Of a stretch of DNA of 64,000 nucleotides, positions 60,958-64,000 are shown in pieces. The stretch spans positions 480,001 to 544,000 of the forward strand of contig CAVZQC010000002.1 of NCBI GenBank assembly GCA_963777315.1, given 5' to 3'. Made by a program: the position numbers and the translations under genes. The notes below the pieces were generated by a model. That model was not told where the DNA came from. It ran no database searches and saw only the letters and a list, made by a program, of their open reading frames with translations. Numbering within the stretch: position 1 is the stretch's first letter; every line of letters begins with the position of its first letter. This DNA comes from Vulcanimicrobiota bacterium (GTDB lineage Bacteria > Vulcanimicrobiota > Vulcanimicrobiia > Vulcanimicrobiales > Vulcanimicrobiaceae).

Positions 60958-61466
60958 CTCAGCCGCAGGATCGCGTGGACTGCAGCGTACGGGACGATGC
61001 GCCGCTGCACATCGCTTTGGTCGAACCGCAGATTCCGCCCAACACCGGCAACGTCGCGCGGCTGTGCGCGGCCACCGGCTGCCAACTGCATCTGGTCGCG
61101 CCGCTGGGCTTTCGCATCGACGACCGCGAGCTCAAGCGCGCGGGCTTGGATTACTGGCGGCACGTGAGCGTCGCGGTGCACTCCGATCTCGCTGCGTTTT
61201 TGGCCTCGACGGGACACTTAGAACGCTGGTATCTGTCCACGCGCGGATCGCGCCGTTACGCGGACGCGCCGTTTTCGCCGGGGAACGTTCTCGTCTTCGG
61301 CAAGGAGACCCAAGGCTTGCCGCAATCGCTCCTCGATTCCGATCCCGGGCATGCGCTGCGCATTCCGCAACGTGTGGGCGCGGTTCGCAGTATCAATCTC
61401 TCCACGGCTGCTGGGATCGTGGCTTACGCGGCGCTGGCGCGCATGGGCTTTCCGGGGTTGTCTTAG
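60954..61466 (+). CDS. trmL: tRNA (cytidine/uridine(34)-2'-O)-methyltransferase
   Basis: PQIPPNTGN, KRAGLDYW, FGKETQGLP, RSINLS. Confidence 0.9.
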   Translation: MTQPQDRVDCSVRDDAPLHIALVEPQIPPNTGNVARLCAATGCQLHLVAPLGFRIDDRELKRAGLDYWRHVSVAVHSDLAAFLASTGHLERWYLSTRGSRRYADAPFSPGNVLVFGKETQGLPQSLLDSDPGHALRIPQRVGAVRSINLSTAAGIVAYAALARMGFPGLS

Positions 61467-62180
61467 TGACGGTACCGGAATTCGATGCTCTGCAGCGTGC
61501 CGTGGTGCGCTGCACGAAATGTCCGGAATTGCGCGCCTACTGCAGTGGCGTTGCCGACCAGAAAAAGCGCGCGTACCGCGACTGGACGTACTGGGGCAGA
61601 CCGGTTCCGGCGTTCGGCGATCCGCTCGCGCGTCTGATGCTGGTGGGGCTCGCGCCCGGCGCGCACGGGAGCAATCGCACGGGGCGGATGTTCACCGGCG
61701 ACTCGTCCGGCGATTTTCTTTATCCCGCACTGTATCGCGCGGGCTTCGCAAGCCGGCCGACGGCGCTCGCGGCGGACGACGGTCTGCAACTGCGCGATTG
61801 CATCATCACCGCGGCGTTGCGGTGCGCTCCTCCGCAGAACACACCCACGCGCGAGCAACTGCGGCGCTGCTTTTCGTACCTGAAACGCGAGATGCGGATG
61901 CTGCCGTGCGTGCGGGTAATCGTTGGGCTGGGCGCTGTCGGTACGAAGGCCGCGCTCGACGCGCTGGCGAGCAACGGCTTTCATTTCGAACCCGCCCGTC
62001 CGCGCTTCGCGCATGGCGCCGAGATTTCGGCGCGCAAAGGCAAGCGCGACGTCGTGGTTATCGCTTCATTTCATCCCAGCAGACAGAATACCAACACCGG
62101 AAAGCTGACCGTCCCGATGTTCGACGCGATTTTTACGCGCGCCCGCGAATTGCTCGACGGCTTTAGTGGAAGTAGCTCGA
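61466..62180 (+). CDS. uracil-DNA glycosylase (family 4/5, Fe-S); reads to 62317 as assembled
   Basis: CTKCPEL, GLAPGAHGSNRTGRMFTGD, HPSRQN. Confidence 0.85.
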
Positions 62181-62523
62181 CGCGTCCGCAGGAATCGACG
62201 GCTTTGTCGGGGATCATCAGGCCGCCCGAGCCGGACCGGAAGCCCACGATCCGCACGGCCGGCGCATTGGCGCCTGCAGGCCCGTACTTGGCTTCGAGGT
62301 CTTTGAGCGCGTCGTGATCCTGCTCGACGTTGTGCGTGCTCTGCGCGAGCACGTATTGCTGCACCGCGCCGTTCTTGGCGAAAAGGACGCGATACACGAC
62401 GCCGTCTTTAGAAAACGTCGCTTCGCCGCACGATTGATCTCCTTGCGCACGCGCGTGCGGCAGCGCGACGGCGAGCAAGCCGGCGGCCAGCACCAGGGCC
62501 CCGGCAAAAATCCGGAATCGCAT
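62163..62523 (-). CDS. hypothetical secreted protein (reads to 62071 as assembled)
   Basis: signal peptide ending ARA-Q; two Cys. Confidence 0.6.
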
Positions 62524-62557
62524 CTGCCATCTCTATCGGCTCGTTCCGGCGCGTACT

Positions 62558-64000
62558 TCAGCGATCGGGAACTTTACGCTCCGGCGCTTTTTCCACGTTT
62601 TTCAAACCCAGGTCGCGCAGCAGTCCTTCGGGAACCGGCGAGGGCGCATCCATCATGACGTCGCGCGCGAGTTGGTTTTTGGGAAATGCGATGACGTCGC
62701 GGATGCTGGTTTCGCCCACGGCCAGCATCGCGATGCGATCGATGCCCAGCGCCATGCCGCCGTGGGGCGGCGCGCCGTAATCGAGCGCGCGAAGAAAGAA
62801 CCCGAAGCGCTCCTGGATTTGCTGCTCGCTCATGCCGAGCATTGCGAAGATGCGCCGCTGAAACTCGGCCTTGTGGATGCGGATCGATCCGCTGCCCAGC
62901 TCGTACCCGTTGAGCACCATGTCGTAGTGCTGCGCGCGCATGCCGAGCGGGTTGCTGTCGATGAGATCCCACTGCCCTTCGCCCGGAGCGGTGAACGGAT
63001 GATGCGCGGGCGCCGGCCGGCCGCTCTGCTCGTCGATCTCGAACAGCGGAAAATCGGTCACCCACGCAAACGCAAATGCGCCGGGGTCGCACAGACCGCA
63101 GCGCTCGCCGATCTCCCCGCGCATCTTGCCGGCAGCGGACAACGCGGCATCGCGTGCGTCGGCAAAGAGCAGAATCGCATCGCCGGTCTGCACGAGGGTG
63201 CGCTCGCGCAGGCGGGCGACGTCGTTGTCGCCGATGAATCGGGCCGCCGAACTTTTCGTCCCTTCGGCGCCAAGCGCGACCCATACCATGCCCTTTGCGC
63301 CGTTCTGCTTGGCCAGCTCGGTGAGCGAATCGAAGTCACGGCGTGAAAGCGCCGCGCCCCCGGGATAGCGCAGCGCGACGATAGCGCCGCCGGCATCCGT
63401 AACCGAACGAAAAACCGCAAAATCGGTGGCGGCGAACACGTCGTTGACTTGTTCGAGCTGCAGACCGAAGCGCAGGTCGGGCTTGTCGGTGCCGAAGCGC
63501 GAGAGCACCTGCTCGTGCGTGAAGCGCGGAAACGGCGCAAGTTCTCGTTCCAAAGAGCTTTGCCAAACCTGCCGCATGCACGATTCCATGAGCTCGAGCA
63601 CTTGTTCTTGGCTCGTAAACGACATCTCAACGTCGAGCTGCGTGAACTCGATCTGCCGGTCGGCGCGCTGGTCCTCGTCGCGCATGCAGCGAGCGATCTG
63701 CATGTACCGGCCGAAACCGGCCACCATCAGCAGCTGCTTGAGGATCTGGGGCGACTGCGGGAGCGCGTAGACCGAACCGTTGTAGAGCCGGCTGGGCACG
63801 AGGTAATCTCGCGCCCCTTCGGGAGTGGATTTGATCAGCATCGGGGTCTCGATTTCGAGAAAGCCGCGCTCGTCGAAGTAATCGCGCATCGCTTTGACGA
63901 TTTTGTGGCGCACCGCGATGTTGCGCTGCAGGCGCGAACGGCGCAGATCCAAATAGCGGTACTCCAAGCGCAGGTTCTCGTCGACGTCCTCGTCGGTGTT
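62558..64000 (-). CDS. aspS: aspartate--tRNA ligase (5' end outside window)
   Basis: YRYLDLR, STPEGARDY, LPQSPQ, GAPPHGG, VIAFPK. Confidence 0.97.
   Translation of the reverse strand, partial: NTDEDVDENLRLEYRYLDLRRSRLQRNIAVRHKIVKAMRDYFDERGFLEIETPMLIKSTPEGARDYLVPSRLYNGSVYALPQSPQILKQLLMVAGFGRYMQIARCMRDEDQRADRQIEFTQLDVEMSFTSQEQVLELMESCMRQVWQSSLERELAPFPRFTHEQVLSRFGTDKPDLRFGLQLEQVNDVFAATDFAVFRSVTDAGGAIVALRYPGGAALSRRDFDSLTELAKQNGAKGMVWVALGAEGTKSSAARFIGDNDVARLRERTLVQTGDAILLFADARDAALSAAGKMRGEIGERCGLCDPGAFAFAWVTDFPLFEIDEQSGRPAPAHHPFTAPGEGQWDLIDSNPLGMRAQHYDMVLNGYELGSGSIRIHKAEFQRRIFAMLGMSEQQIQERFGFFLRALDYGAPPHGGMALGIDRIAMLAVGETSIRDVIAFPKNQLARDVMMDAPSPVPEGLLRDLGLKNVEKAPERKVPDR

Overview
GC-rich bacterial chromosome segment. 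It combines a Firmicute-like gene order (rpiB-glyA-upp-wecB-atp-murA-mreB; rarA-iscS-alaS) with LptA/OstA-like genes and two ATP synthase b subunits. This fits a diderm Terrabacteria lineage such as Eremiobacterota/Armatimonadota (inference). In order, the window holds: a purine-degradation cluster (deaminase, xdh, xdhC, mocA, puuE, allantoate amidohydrolase, a GGCT-like gene, uraH, puuD, uraD); an accessory patch beside tRNA-Leu(CAG) with a vapBC-type pair and a group II intron maturase relic; ku-ligD NHEJ genes; alaS preceded by a ~108-bp x3.9 tandem repeat; a sigB/F-rsbW-rsbV stress operon; the atp operon; an orphan Dam-family methyltransferase; a probable 6S RNA; an epimerase-DUF1611-peptide-binding-C39 peptidase cluster; and aspS. 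The most striking pattern is that seven single-base frameshifts found by eye all fall at or beside an AGCT tetramer. This suggests a DNA modification at AGCT that causes systematic basecalling errors, rather than true pseudogenes. All calls come from reading the sequence and recognising motifs; no database searches were run.
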